The notes below the pieces were generated by a model. The model worked only from the letters and a program-made list of their open reading frames with translations, was not told where the DNA came from and made no database searches. A stretch of 61,686 nucleotides of DNA, counting the filler, from Squatina squatina (lineage: Eukaryota), in assembly GCA_031763465.1 (NCBI GenBank). It is 4 parts of 3 records of this genome, joined end to end, with 100 filler letters (N's around TTAATTAATTAA, not from the genome) between each part and the next. Parts side by side here need not be neighbours in the genome. Positions count along the whole stretch, not along the records: positions 17,980 to 33,148 come from JARFOE010000004.1; positions 33,249 to 47,776 come from JARFOE010000100.1; 2 more parts are not named here. One strand, written 5' to 3'. The position numbers and the translations under genes were made by a program. This document shows, piece by piece, positions 25,314-37,150 of this stretch (positions within the stretch are counted from its first letter, which is position 1; every line of letters starts with the position of its first letter).

Positions 25314-26234
25314 GTAGTGTTAGCAATGGATGAGTAAAAGTATGGATGTTTAATTATATGACTCGATATGTAGACAAGAAGACCAAAAATCATTCTCAAA
25401 TTCTTGCATTTTACTTCTGTTGCCATTTGTGAGACTCCCAGCCCAGCCACTTTTGTTTACAAAAGACATTTCTTGTTTACGATCAAGAAACTGTTCACAT
25501 TGAGTCAGGAACTAAGAACAAGTAGGTCTGTATGGTACACTTTCACTGCACTGCAAATGAACCATAAATTGCTAACTTATAGTTATAAAGCAAGCAGGCT
25601 AGCTGCCTGGGGTTAGGTTTGTGCTCATTAAGGCCAATGTAATCAGTTTAAAAGTGTTGCTTTGTGATAGTGAAAGGATCAAGCCTCCAAGTTAAACACG
25701 AGAAATTGTCTGTTTTTACAAACCTCTTATAGTAGCTATTTTCTTTCAACACTGCTACATTGGATAAACACCACGTGGCTCCACAGTTCAAATAATTTTA
25801 TCTCAGCGACAAGATTCTAAAATAGTAANNNNNNNNNNNNNNNNNNNNNNNNNNNNNNNNNNNNNNNNNNNNNNNNNNNNNNNNNNNNNNNNNNNNNNNN
25901 NNNNNNNNNNNNNNNNNNNNNNNNNNNNTGGCATGGTCGACAGGACTGAGCCTGCTGTGGTCACGACGTACAGATTGCTGATGCTGACTACTGAGGCTCA
26001 GGTAGAAGGACTGGCCACGAGGGACAATGCTACTCATGGAATGCTAACCCAGCACGAATCGTCACCTTCGGGAGAGAAGGCACAAGGTGGGAAGTTAGAG
26101 GGAGCAGGACAAGGCACGGCGACAAGAACAACAACTAATGAAACGTAAATCAGCTAAATGTGCAAAGCTGATGGGACTAATTGGCAGAACATTGGTTGAA
26201 AATGTCTCCTTTTTTCATCCCTGTACCTTTGCAG

Positions 26235-26399
26235 TTGATGGACAATGGAAGGAGTGGAGTCCTTGGACAGACTGCTCAGTGACGTGTTCCAATGGGACAC
26301 AGCAGCGGACCCGACAGTGTACTGCTGCAGCTCATGGCGGGTCAGAGTGCAGAGGGCACTGGGCTGAGAGCAGAGAATGCTTTAATTCCGACTGCACAG
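26235..26399 (+). CDS. ADGRB3: ADGRB3 exon, thrombospondin type-1 repeat (probably repeat 3)
   Basis: tttgcag|TT...ACAG|gtatg, 165 nt. Reads [54 protein letters not shown]. Confidence 0.93.
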
Positions 26400-27194
26400 G
26401 TATGTGCGTTAGTCTGTTCAGTCCCCTGTAGAAACAGATTTCCTGTGAGAAATAAACAAGTGGTTTTTTTGGGGGGGGTGGGGAATCACGTTTCTGAAGA
26501 GCAAAGAAAAACAGAGCAAAGAAGAACTCCATCGTGAGATTGCAGTACAGGGTTACTGATTTCTATGTATGCATTGTATGTTAGAAATGTGACCTGCACT
26601 AAACTGAGGCAAGTGTAGCTGTACCATCTGCGAGACTGAACTATATTGTGTAATGACATATGTGTCCAGCAGAGGGAGATCAGTTATGGAGGTATGTGCT
26701 AATCTGGTGAGAATGGAGTTCGTCGACAATATATAGACTGACAGCACAGAGAAAGACTTCCTGTGTGCTCCAGGTGAAGCAAGTTCATAAAAAAAAAACA
26801 GAACTTATTACCATTTTTATCATTACCCTTCACCCAACGCACAGGAAATCTGCCCAAATTGATCTTGTAAAAGGAAAGGTTTGCCTGCTATTTCATTCCA
26901 ATTCACTCCCAGACCCATATACATAACACAATCAATCAATCTGTAAAAACAAAATTGTTAATACAGCAGAATATTTTATTAGACTGAATATTTTAGGAGG
27001 GAAGTTGAGATTATTAGATTTAACTTTTTAAAATTCCAGCAGAAATCCTGTGGAGGAGCTCCTGAGGATATTATAGCAACACCGAGAGNNNNNNNNNNNN
27101 NNNNNNNNNNNNNNNNNNNNNNNNNNNNNNNNNNNNNNNNNNNNNNNNNNNNNNNNNNNNNNNNNNNNNNNNNNNNNNNNNNNNNNNNAACCGG

Positions 27195-27485
27195 AAGTGA
27201 GATGAGGGGGAAAAAACTTGCACAGCGAGTTGTGACCTGGAACAAGCTGTCTGAAAGGGCAGTGGGAGCAGATACATTAGTAACTTTCAAAAGGGAATTG
27301 GGTAAATACTTGAAGAGGAAAAATGTGCAGGCATATGGGAAAGAGCAGGGGATTGGGACTAATTGGACAGTGCTTTCACAGAGCCCGCACAGTTCTAATG
27401 GGTCGACTGATCTCATTTGGCACTNNNNNNNNNNGATGGGCCGAATGGCCCCCTTCTGTGCTGTATCGGTTCTATGGTTCTATGA
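27195..27485 (+). mobile_element. CR1 LINE 3' end
   Basis: Reads QRVVTWNKLSERAVGADTLVTFKRELGKYL, then atgggccgaatggccccttctgtgctgta and an (ttctatg)n tail. Shorter related copies at ~29050-29200, ~58535-58660 and ~20640-20720(-). Confidence 0.8.
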
Positions 27486-27530
27486 ATTTTCGCTCTTGAC
27501 TTGTGGGTGATGATTTGACCTTTGTTTCAG

Positions 27531-27632
27531 CGCCCTATGAGATCTGTCCCGAAGACTATCTGATGGCCATGGTGTGGAGGAGAACAGCAGCTGGGGACTT
27601 TGCGTTCAACAGATGCCCACCCAATGCAACAG
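27531..27632 (+). CDS. ADGRB3: ADGRB3 exon, hormone-receptor (HRM) domain, first half
   Basis: tttgtttcag|CG...ACAG|gtact, 102 nt. Reads [33 protein letters not shown]. Confidence 0.92.
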
Positions 27633-27953
27633 GTACTGTTACATTGCACAGCTTTCCGCTTCGTGAGAAAGGGCCTATTGGAAACTCTCCCAAACATCCA
27701 GAACTCTTGCATATAAAAGAGAAAATCATTTCACTCGCACTATTTTTAAAAATAAGGTTACACATCCATGCATTTGTGTAACGTCTATCAATTGTTTCGA
27801 GAACGTGTTATATATCAAATGATTTATATTAAATAAATGAGGATCAAGTGATTTAAAATTGGCACCTGCATTTAACAGGCTATTGACTTCTTTTCTCCTA
27901 TGCATTACTCTGTCAATGCTGCCATTTATTTCTGCCTTCTCTGTGATTTGCAG

Positions 27954-28045
27954 GCACCACTAGCAGACGCTGCTCCCTCGATCGTAATGGGATTGCCTAC
28001 TGGGAGCCACCCAGCTTTGCGAGATGCATATCAAACGAGTACAGA
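27954..28045 (+). CDS. ADGRB3: ADGRB3 exon, HRM domain second half (3' end in gap)
   Basis: tttgcag|GC acceptor. Reads (G)[30 protein letters not shown], in phase with the previous exon. The ORF track shows a different frame here. Confidence 0.92.
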
Positions 28046-28631
28046 NNNNNNNNNNNNNNNNNNNNNNNNNNNNNNNNNNNNNNNNNNNNNNNNNNNNNNN
28101 NNNNNNNNNNNNNNNNNNNNNNNNNNNNNNNNNNNNNNNNNNNNNCTGGGAGGTGTCCTGAGAGCTGATTGCTGCCAGTTCGACAGTTTCTGCACTTAGT
28201 CTCCTGAAAAGAGTGAAGTTAGTTTCGCGCCCATTAGGGACCGATTAGCGCTGAAATTAAGACACTTCTTAAAGCTGCCAGAATTTTTTTGACAAAGACA
28301 CGAATTGCAGGACTTAAAGGTTCAGGGCTAAAACGGGTGCTAAAATGACACCTTTTGGTCCATTAACGCCAGTAACTCAGGGAGTCCAATTTTGCGCCGA
28401 GGCAACTGAAAGTACGGCCACCAATTAATTCGCCATCACACTCAGACTCCCATCATCCAGCCTAGTTCAGCAATGGCAGTGTAAGTAATTATTTGGTAAT
28501 AAGCAGGTAAGAACGTGAAAAAATATGTAGTGATTGAACACCTGTCATATACCGATTTTGGCTTAATGTCGTGTCAGTAAGCTTGATATATAACTTGCTA
28601 CAAATCATATATATTTGTGATTTCTTATTAG

Positions 28632-28778
28632 TGGCCAGCATTCACAAACTGCCAGCAGCATCCGTTCTGACCGACATCAACTTCCCCATGAAAGGAAGAA
28701 AGGGAATGGTCGACTGGGCCAGGAATTCTGAAGACAAAATTATTATTCCTAAAAACATATTCATCCCCGCATCCCCAG
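28632..28778 (+). CDS. ADGRB3: ADGRB3 exon, GAIN domain
   Basis: tttcttattag|TG...CCAG|gtaaa. Reads [48 protein letters not shown]. Confidence 0.92.
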
Positions 28779-29630
28779 GTAAAGTCATCATTTATGGAAA
28801 TGTTTATGTTTTTTTCCGTGTTCCCATAATGAATAGCGCACCTAATAAGGAAAGGCAATCATTGTGTAGTGAAACACTTGGTGGCGAGGGGAGGAGGGGT
28901 GAATTTGCGCCGACGTTCTCTCAATTGTCTGCAGTGTGTGCCATTTTTCCAGGCCCTTCTGACAAATGTACAGCGGATCGAGCAGCAGAGCCCCTTGGCA
29001 GAAATTCCACCCCCCACACCCGACATGAAACAATCCTGGTGAATTTTGAACATATAGTCAAAAGGGTATTGGGTAAACACTTGAGGGGGAAAAATTTGAA
29101 GGGCTATGGGGAAGTGGCAGGGGAGCGGAGCTAATTGGGTAGCTCTTTCAGAGAGCCGGCACGGGCAAGATAAAGGCCTCCTTTAGTGCTGTAAGATTTT
29201 AAGATTTGTATTTTTTTTTCAGAATTGGACGAATCTGCTGTTTTTGTACTTGGCACGATATTCTACAAAAATCTGGGACTTATCTTGCCCTCCCCAAGGT
29301 AAGACTGAAACCGTGTACTCGTTTACCAGCTGAGCTGCAATGATTTTCCCCAGCTTGTGTTTTTTTGACTTTCTCCATACCTGGCCATTTGGGGAAAGCA
29401 TCACCTGCTCCTTCTCTAATTGCAACCAAAATGTTTTAAAAAGGGCGCACTTTAAAACAAATGGTTTCTGCTGTAATTCTTTCACTGCAATGCTTCGGAT
29501 GAGACCTTAAACCCAGGACGTTAAACCATGGTGCTACTCGAAGGAGAGCAGAGAGTTCTCCCAGCTGAGCTTCTCAACCAGCACCGCGAAACAAAACGAA
29601 CTAGATCCCATCCCTTCTTCCAGTCTCATC

Positions 29631-29831
29631 CCCTGCCGTGTTTTCACTATCCCACCTGACCTTCCCCTCTCTGATTCTGAACGATCAGTCCTCAGCAAGG
29701 GCCTGAGTTTCATCCCCTTACGCCCCCACCTCAATGAATTCCGAGCTCGGCACAACGCAGAGCTCTTTTTCCGTCGCCTCCGCCTCCGTGCCCATTTCTT
29801 TGGTCAGGAATCTTCCCCCCGCACAGCTGAC
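29631..29831 (+). mobile_element. Penelope-like retroelement ORF fragment
   Basis: Open frame PCRVFTIPPDLPLSDSERSVLSKGLSFIPLRPHLNEFRARHNAELFFRRLRLRAHFF. LSKGLSFxP and FxRRLRL are typical of the region upstream of the RT in Penelope-like elements. Confidence 0.75.
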
Positions 29832-30860
29832 NNNNNNNNNNNNNNNNNNNNNNNNNNNNNNNNNNNNNNNNNNNNNNNNNNNNNNNNNNNNNNNNNNNNN
29901 NNNNNNNNNNNNNNNNNNNNNNNNNNNNNNNTAAGATAAACTCCAAAGTCTGGGAGCAATAATAAATGGGTGAAGAACTGGCAATTGTGTTTTGGAGCAA
30001 AGGGAGTTTAACAATGAACAAGCGTGAGGAAAGTTTTCTCCTGTACATTCTCTTTGAGATTACTAATTTTATTGTGATGTTATTTTAGACTAAGGTAAGT
30101 GTTGAATATTTCGAAGAGGGAGGTTTTGGGATATTTGTCAAGAGTTGCACACAAGTATTTTTAGGAGACGTTCGAGGCTACTCTCATCACCACCAGTACC
30201 CAGGGACTGATAGAATCAGGCTTTCATCTTATCAAGTTTTGGACTCCCTCAGTGACTATAAAATGGAGCTTCTGTGGTGACCAGGCAAAGGTTTATTTCA
30301 CTACTCCAATCTTCTTCCCTCCATCCTGTAGAAGTTGACCTGGATTTTCCAATCGGCATTATTTTAAGCCATTTCAAAGTGACAGAGTGATTGCACTGAA
30401 AGTCCTTAAACTTCCATCTGTATAATCAGTTGATCAAACATGTGCGTCACATTGTATAATAATGGAGTCCTTTGCTTTGGACAATTAAGCATAAATGTAC
30501 AGAAGTTAATTTAGATAAATGAAACATGGCTTGCCAGTTGAAGTAATAATGCATCACTTACTATTAAACGGTTTATTGTTGCATTCACATTACTGTGCAC
30601 TGCAGCTAGCTTTGTGTAACAAAAAGTACAAATAATTATTTTAATCACTTATGCCTGGTTCCTGTGAAACTGCGGTGTACTTGCACCTCTTTGGGTGTAT
30701 GGGTACATTATGTTATTTGAGTTAAATACAAAATTGCTAATTACAAAAGTAGAACTTTATGCCAGTTTTATTTTCGTGATGATTAATTTTGGAGATATGC
30801 ACTAATCACCTTTCCTGCGCCATCTCAACTAAAAGGCAAGTCTTTGATGTGTTTGCGCAG

Positions 30861-30963
30861 GTACATCCGATCAGAAAGGTCGATTATTCTGATAAACTTC
30901 TGCTTCTCCATCATCTCATCCAACATCCTCATAGTGGTCGGACAAACACAGACTCGTAATAAG
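30861..30963 (+). CDS. ADGRB3: ADGRB3 exon, 7TM region (ICL1-TM2)
   Basis: tttgcgcag|G...AAG|gtacc, 103 nt. Reads [34 protein letters not shown]. Confidence 0.93.
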
Positions 30964-33192
30964 GTACCAAAGTCAACCATTTGCAACAAAACAGAAAATG
31001 TTTGCGTGATTTCTATGCTGTCTATGTGGCCCCCAACAAGCTAAATGGTACCACCAGTCTGGTCCAAGGTGTCTCAATGCCACCTAGTACTTTGCAGTGT
31101 GCTATGCCAGTGTATCACGTTTGTATAGCACGGGCTCTGCCAAAGCAAATAACCCCAGTAGTTTGATTAACTTATGTCTCAAAGAGATGTGGCCAGGGTT
31201 TCCTGTTGTGAAAAACTAGTATCGCAGTAGGGCACACTATATTTACATGGAAGTAGTTCTGGCTTTTCATTAAGAGTGACCAAAGATATTGGCTGCCCTT
31301 GTATCACTGCAGGCATGGCTAAATACTTCATTTATCATTGGTTAGTGAGTGAAGACGGGCTGCAGTGTTGCCTCCTTTGGAATGATGTGTGNNNNNNNNN
31401 NNNNNNNNNNNNNNNNNNNNNNNNNNNNNNNNNNNNNNNNNNNNNNNNNNNNNNNNNNNNNNNNNNNNNNNNNNNNNNNNNNNNNNNNNNNTAGCATTAA
31501 AAAAAAAACTATTACCCAGGCAATGCTCACTATAATTTGAAACATCAATTTAAGATTTCATGTTTTTCCACAGCAATCCATCACTTGATTGTAATAAAGG
31601 ACCTTATTTAGAGTGTCTAATTAGCTAGCTAATTCATTTTAATGTATTTACTATCACAGGACATCCTATTTTAATTCGCTAAGAACAAAGAAAAATTATT
31701 GTCATGTGTCTTAACATTTACTGAAAAGATTTTTGGGGGATGATTGTGTTCATTAAGCCAAGCGTGCCAGTGTTGTGGTAATGGATAGCCTCATATTTCA
31801 GGCACCCAGTTTCAGCATCAAACACCTCCAGGATAAGTCTTAGATGCTCCTGCCACTCTACCCCAACAACGTGACTAAGCACCAAACCCAAAAAAGCACC
31901 CTGTACTGCTTCAATGTAAATTCTAGGCAAATCAGCAATCCTAAGTGAGTGGGCCAGTTTGGTGTAAAATAAGGATCAGTTTTATATTGTGGGCTAAGAA
32001 TTGCCATTCTTATTTCATATAAGACCAAATTTAAAAGATGAATTATACCTGTAATTTCAACAGTTTTTTTATTTATCTGTAAATTTCTGTCAGGTCAAGA
32101 TTTTTTTCCAATAAGGAGACTTATCTGGATTTCTATTAAATGGACTTTTTTTTGGATTGAGCAGCAGTTACCAACTATTATTGAAGAGTTGTTTTTCCAC
32201 TGTTCCTTAACAAATATTTTGCAGCCATTTTAGGTGGGGGACATCAACGTTGGGAATGGGTAACTTTTCTGCTAACAAGGGACTCCTCCTGGTCATGTAC
32301 CATCCCCGAGTAACAAGGCATTTGTTGCCTTACCTTCTGCCAAGGGTTTGCTAAAGCTAGCTGCGAGAACATGCGGGAAAGTTATCTAGAGCAGCAAAAC
32401 TCTGCTTGGGACTTTCATTTCCTCTCTGTGCTTGGCTGCGCCTCAATCGCCTCAGGACTGGCGTCGGCCGCTGCAGAGCCCTCCCGCAGAAGTGGGGATA
32501 CAACCAAATCTAAATAACTCCCGACTGTGGGCTGGGGGGAGAGGCACCTCAAGCAATGGAGCATCTCCTGGGATGTCCTCCAATATTAGAGCCATGCAGA
32601 CCGAAAGACCTGAAGGGTCTTCAACTCCCGAGCCAGAGCCTGCATAAAGCAGTGGTGAGGGGAGGTGCAGCGAAACGACACATCAACTGTGTGGAATTAA
32701 ACCTCTTGCCTCCTCTCCAGTTGTGTCGATGTTTGTGCTGATGTTGGAGTCACTCAGTCCTGGCACCCGGTGGTGGTGTTGAAGTCGCCCTCTTTCTATT
32801 GTGGAGCTGGCTGTAAAAGAATCACCTTCATTGTAGTGTCGCCCCTGCTGTTGTAAAGTAACACATAACCCGCATGTGTTGGTATTGATTGGTTTCTTGT
32901 TTAAGGAAGCTGCTTCTCTGGACTCCTTATCTGGATCTGTACTTGGTCTCCTTATTTAAGGAAAGATATTCTTGCCTTAGAAGCGGTGCAACGAAGGTTC
33001 ACTAGATTGATTCCTGGAATGAAAGGTTGTCCTATAATTACATAGGATTATATAGATTGTACAACACAGAAACAGGCCATACAAACAAAAATTGCTGGAA
33101 AAACTCAGCAGGTCAGGCAGCATCTGTGGAGAGAAAAACAGAGTCAACNNNNNNNNNNNNNNNNNNNNNNNNNNNNNNNNNNNNNNNNNNNN

Positions 33193-33204
33193 TTAATTAA
33201 TTAA
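33193..33204. other. Artificial scaffold linker TTAATTAATTAA
   Basis: Same 12-mer centred in block 33149-33248. Confidence 0.95.
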
Positions 33205-36200
33205 NNNNNNNNNNNNNNNNNNNNNNNNNNNNNNNNNNNNNNNNNNNNCACTACAGATGCATCACCATAGAAACTTCCATCTGAATAAACTCAACATAAG
33301 CACAACCCATTCCCCCCACAAAAGATTACACTTCTGCTTTTGTACCAGAGTTATGAACTCATTATTTATTTTAAGAGATGAGGAAAATATTTTTCATCTT
33401 GCCAGTCAAACATTAACTGCAGTATAAACACATTTGTAAGCCTTCACAAATATCAAAGCGTTAACATTCTTTTACATTGTCGTAACTCATCTTTGATTTT
33501 TTTTAAAAAGTGATTCAGAATTTTGCTACAGCAAATTAAAATGTTGACACCAAGTATGCTCTTGCTCTTTGCCCCAAAAGTACATGGCATGAAGTATTCT
33601 GCCTAAAATAGTACGTACACAGAAAGGTAATCAAAACTAGAGTATCATTTGAATCACACAAGACTAATGCTGATCCTTTGTTCAACCAGCCAAGAACTTT
33701 CTATAATCCTGTCCAGTCAAAAAATGTCTTGCCATTGCGAGGTAGGGAATTTGAGCAGAATATTAATCATCATGGAATGCACAGTACTGTACTATTGCTT
33801 CCTCAAAGAGTTTTGAGCCGTGCAAATGTTAGTAAGGAAGTTCTGGCATTACTTCAGAAGTTATAAACAGTGTGGAAATTAAAGAGCTGTAAGTCACATA
33901 TAGAATAGCACATATTGGGAGTGGTTAAAGGCAAGGAGCGCAGCAAAAAGCTAAAGTTCAAACAGTTTCTGCCAGTCACCTGAACCTTGAGATTAAATTA
34001 CAGCCTTGAAGTCAGTCTCTGGCATTTATTTAAAATATGGAGTTTCAACTTCATTTAGGGATTTATTAGGTTTTAACCCAGCTGTAATCTCTGGTGGGAA
34101 CAACTGCTGCGTGCCCACTCTCGGCTCTGATGCAATTACTGCAGTTTCATGGAGNNNNNNNNNNAGAAGAAATCTGCATCAGATTATTGAGAAATTCTAT
34201 GAGCAGTATATCAAATCCAAGCCATGCCTGAACTGACATTCCATGGAGATAGACAAATCAAAATTTCTGGCAGAGTGACCAGATAAATTTCGGGCAGTAG
34301 TTTTTATATTACGGTATCCTACAAACATTGACACGCCAGGAAATCCCTTATCCTAATTTCCAAAGAACAGTGCCAGCTATGCAAAATAAAACACTGCTGT
34401 AATTGCTAGCTTTATTATACACACACACACACACAATACCANNNNNNNNNNNNNNNNNNNNNNNNNNNNNNNNNNNNNNNNNNNNNNNNNNNNNNNNNNN
34501 NNNNNNNNNNNNNNNNNNNNNNNNNNNNNNNNNNNNNNNNNCCCATTGCAGATTGTGGAATGATCATTAAATCATGTTCAGTGATAGAAAAAAATATATA
34601 ATTGAAGCCATCAGCTTTTGCACCATCCGGAAAACAACATATAAAAAAGACAAAAGAAGTCTGAATTCTGACTGAGACCATGAATAAATATTGTGATTCT
34701 TACCTAAGCTTATATTGCCATCTGTGTAGTTTATAGTTCCCATCTTGGAAAAATCAACAAGGTGCTCACAATAGCCAGTATTTGATTTAATGTTTTGGTT
34801 CATCTAACTGCAAAAGATCTCCCAATATTTCTTACTTTGCGCTTCAGGCTGTAGGAAACTGCACAGTTACTCTGAGTTTAAAACAAATGGAAGTGCACTG
34901 ACGAGTTAACCTCTCTACAAGCGACCGGATTTGTGAGGCTGCTCTTCCTCCCAATTCCCTTCCTGCACACACAGATAATACCCACCACCACCACCCCAAA
35001 ATAGTACAGAATACAAGACACTTTGCTTGTATAACACAGTAGGCCTCGCTCCAGAGGGACTGAAACCTAAGGACTTCATAGATTCCTTCAGAGCAGAGTT
35101 TGTAAATCAATGGTTTGGGTAAAGGGGCACATTTTTGCAAGTCTGTTTAATCCAAACAGCGAAAGAGTAAATAAGAAAGTGGCAGTTTTTGTTTCGTTAT
35201 TTGATTAATGTAGAAAATTAAAATATGCAGTATGGATGTAGTCACATGATACAAAAGGCAAACAAAATTTGTTTTACAATATACAGTACAGAACAATGTT
35301 GATCCCACCCGAATAAAAAACTTTTCCTAACAGCATACAACATCAACTATGATCATGATAGGCAAACATAATTTACAGTGCTTGCCTGGGACATCTCATG
35401 ACACACATCAAGAACAATAGTCAGTTTGTCGGTAGCAAGTACTGTTCTCTCCCAAACATCATTTCAGTGATTGCTATGGCAACTGTGGAATGATGGCCAC
35501 GGTGAAGTGAGTATAATTGCTAACATTTTACCATGAGGGAAATCCTTGACATGAACCCACCACACCCTATTGTTCCTCAGCTCAGTACATNNNNNNNNNN
35601 NNNNNNNNNNNNNNNNNNNNNNNNNNNNNNNNNNNNNNNNNNNNNNNNNNNNNNNNNNNNNNNNNNNNNNNNNNNNNNNNNNNNNNNNNNCAAGCAAGTC
35701 CTACAGATAAGTTCCTCACTACATGTTTCTACTGATCAGTTACAGGTTTTTATAAAACAGGAAGAATGACATCACTGAATAAACAATAGGTATCAGGTAC
35801 CGTGTATAATGCAAAGGCCACCACTTAGCTTATCATTCATAAGAAGGTCATTTTATTATTTCAAAACTACGTCTCAGTTCCTTAAAGGGGACTTTTTGAA
35901 CAATGCTTTCTTGCCAAAATCAACTCTTCAAAAATTTCTGAGCTATTTTATAACCTTGTGCTGTGACGGATACAGAGCTTGCTACCATGCAAACAAACAC
36001 AGTTCAAACTGAACATTTAGAACAACCTGTTCCAAGCTGTACTAGGAACTTACCCTGCTTGATAACTTTCCAACATGGTGAACCAAGTCCTTTACATTAA
36101 GGTCATTTTTGAAAAAAACATTTCCAGCTATAGTAATATGCAAATTATAAAGTATAACTGAAGTTATTCAATTACTCACAAGCGAATATATGTTGAGTGA

Positions 36201-36489
36201 GATTAATTATGGACAACCCCTATGTAATCAATTTACTAAGATATGTGAAAATACTGGGTATGAAATATTTATGAGCCCATAAATAAAATTAAAGCATGTT
36301 ATTTCAGTTATTGTAAGTAAAGTCATAAGGTAGGAGAAGCTATTTTGCAAATATGAAAACTACAATGTGATACCAGTACCATAAACATTCAAGTTTAATC
36401 AACATTGAAAGAAATAACAAAATTCTTGAATTTATATAGCACATTTCATAACCACAGAATATTCAAAGCACTTTACAGATAACGACGTA

Positions 36490-37150
36490 CTTTATTGTCT
36501 TCCGTGAAGACAGACCCAAAATATTTGTTTAATTACTCTGCCATTTCATTATTCCCCATTATAAATTCTCCCATCTCTGCCTGTAAGGGACCCACATTTG
36601 CCTTCACTAATCTTTTCCTTTTTACATACCTATAGAAGCTTTTACCCTCCATTTTTATGTTTTGTGTTAGTTTACTCTCATATTCTATTTTCCTTTTATC
36701 AATTTCTTGATCCTCCTTTGCTGAATTCTAAAATGCTCCCAATTCTCAGGCTTGCTGCTTTTTCTTGCAACTTTATAAGACTCTTCCTTTGTCCTAATAC
36801 TATCTTTAACTTCTCTTGTTAGGCACGATTGGACTACTTTTCCTGTTGGGTTTTTGTGCCTTAAAGGAATGTATATTTGTTGTAAGTTATGTATTAATTC
36901 TTTAAATGCTAGGCTAAAGGTGCCACCTTTAATATCCTGTCAACCTGCCCCTCCAAATCCCTCTGCTCTTCCACAGCACTGAGCCTACCTCCATTCAGAG
37001 TATAATTACTGCTGTATTTTATTATCAGAAAGCATCGCCCTACCTGTACTGACACTAAATTCCATCTGCCATTTTTTTTAGCCCATTGCCCCATCTTATC
37101 AACATCTCTTTACGGCTTCCTTTGGTCTTCTAAACAATCAACTATACCTC
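36490..37150 (-). mobile_element. CR1 LINE internal fragments, degenerate
   Basis: Minus-strand GRLSAVEEQRDL.GQV..ILKV and W.F-type motifs in a pyrimidine-rich + strand. Similar pieces at ~45233-45480 and ~46258-46395 (GVFYRLP, endonuclease). Confidence 0.65.

Noticed and set aside
31276-31320. TKDIGCPC resembling the ADGRB3 cytoplasmic tail (KDIGPC)
   Set aside because: Similarity stops after a few residues and there is no convincing exon.
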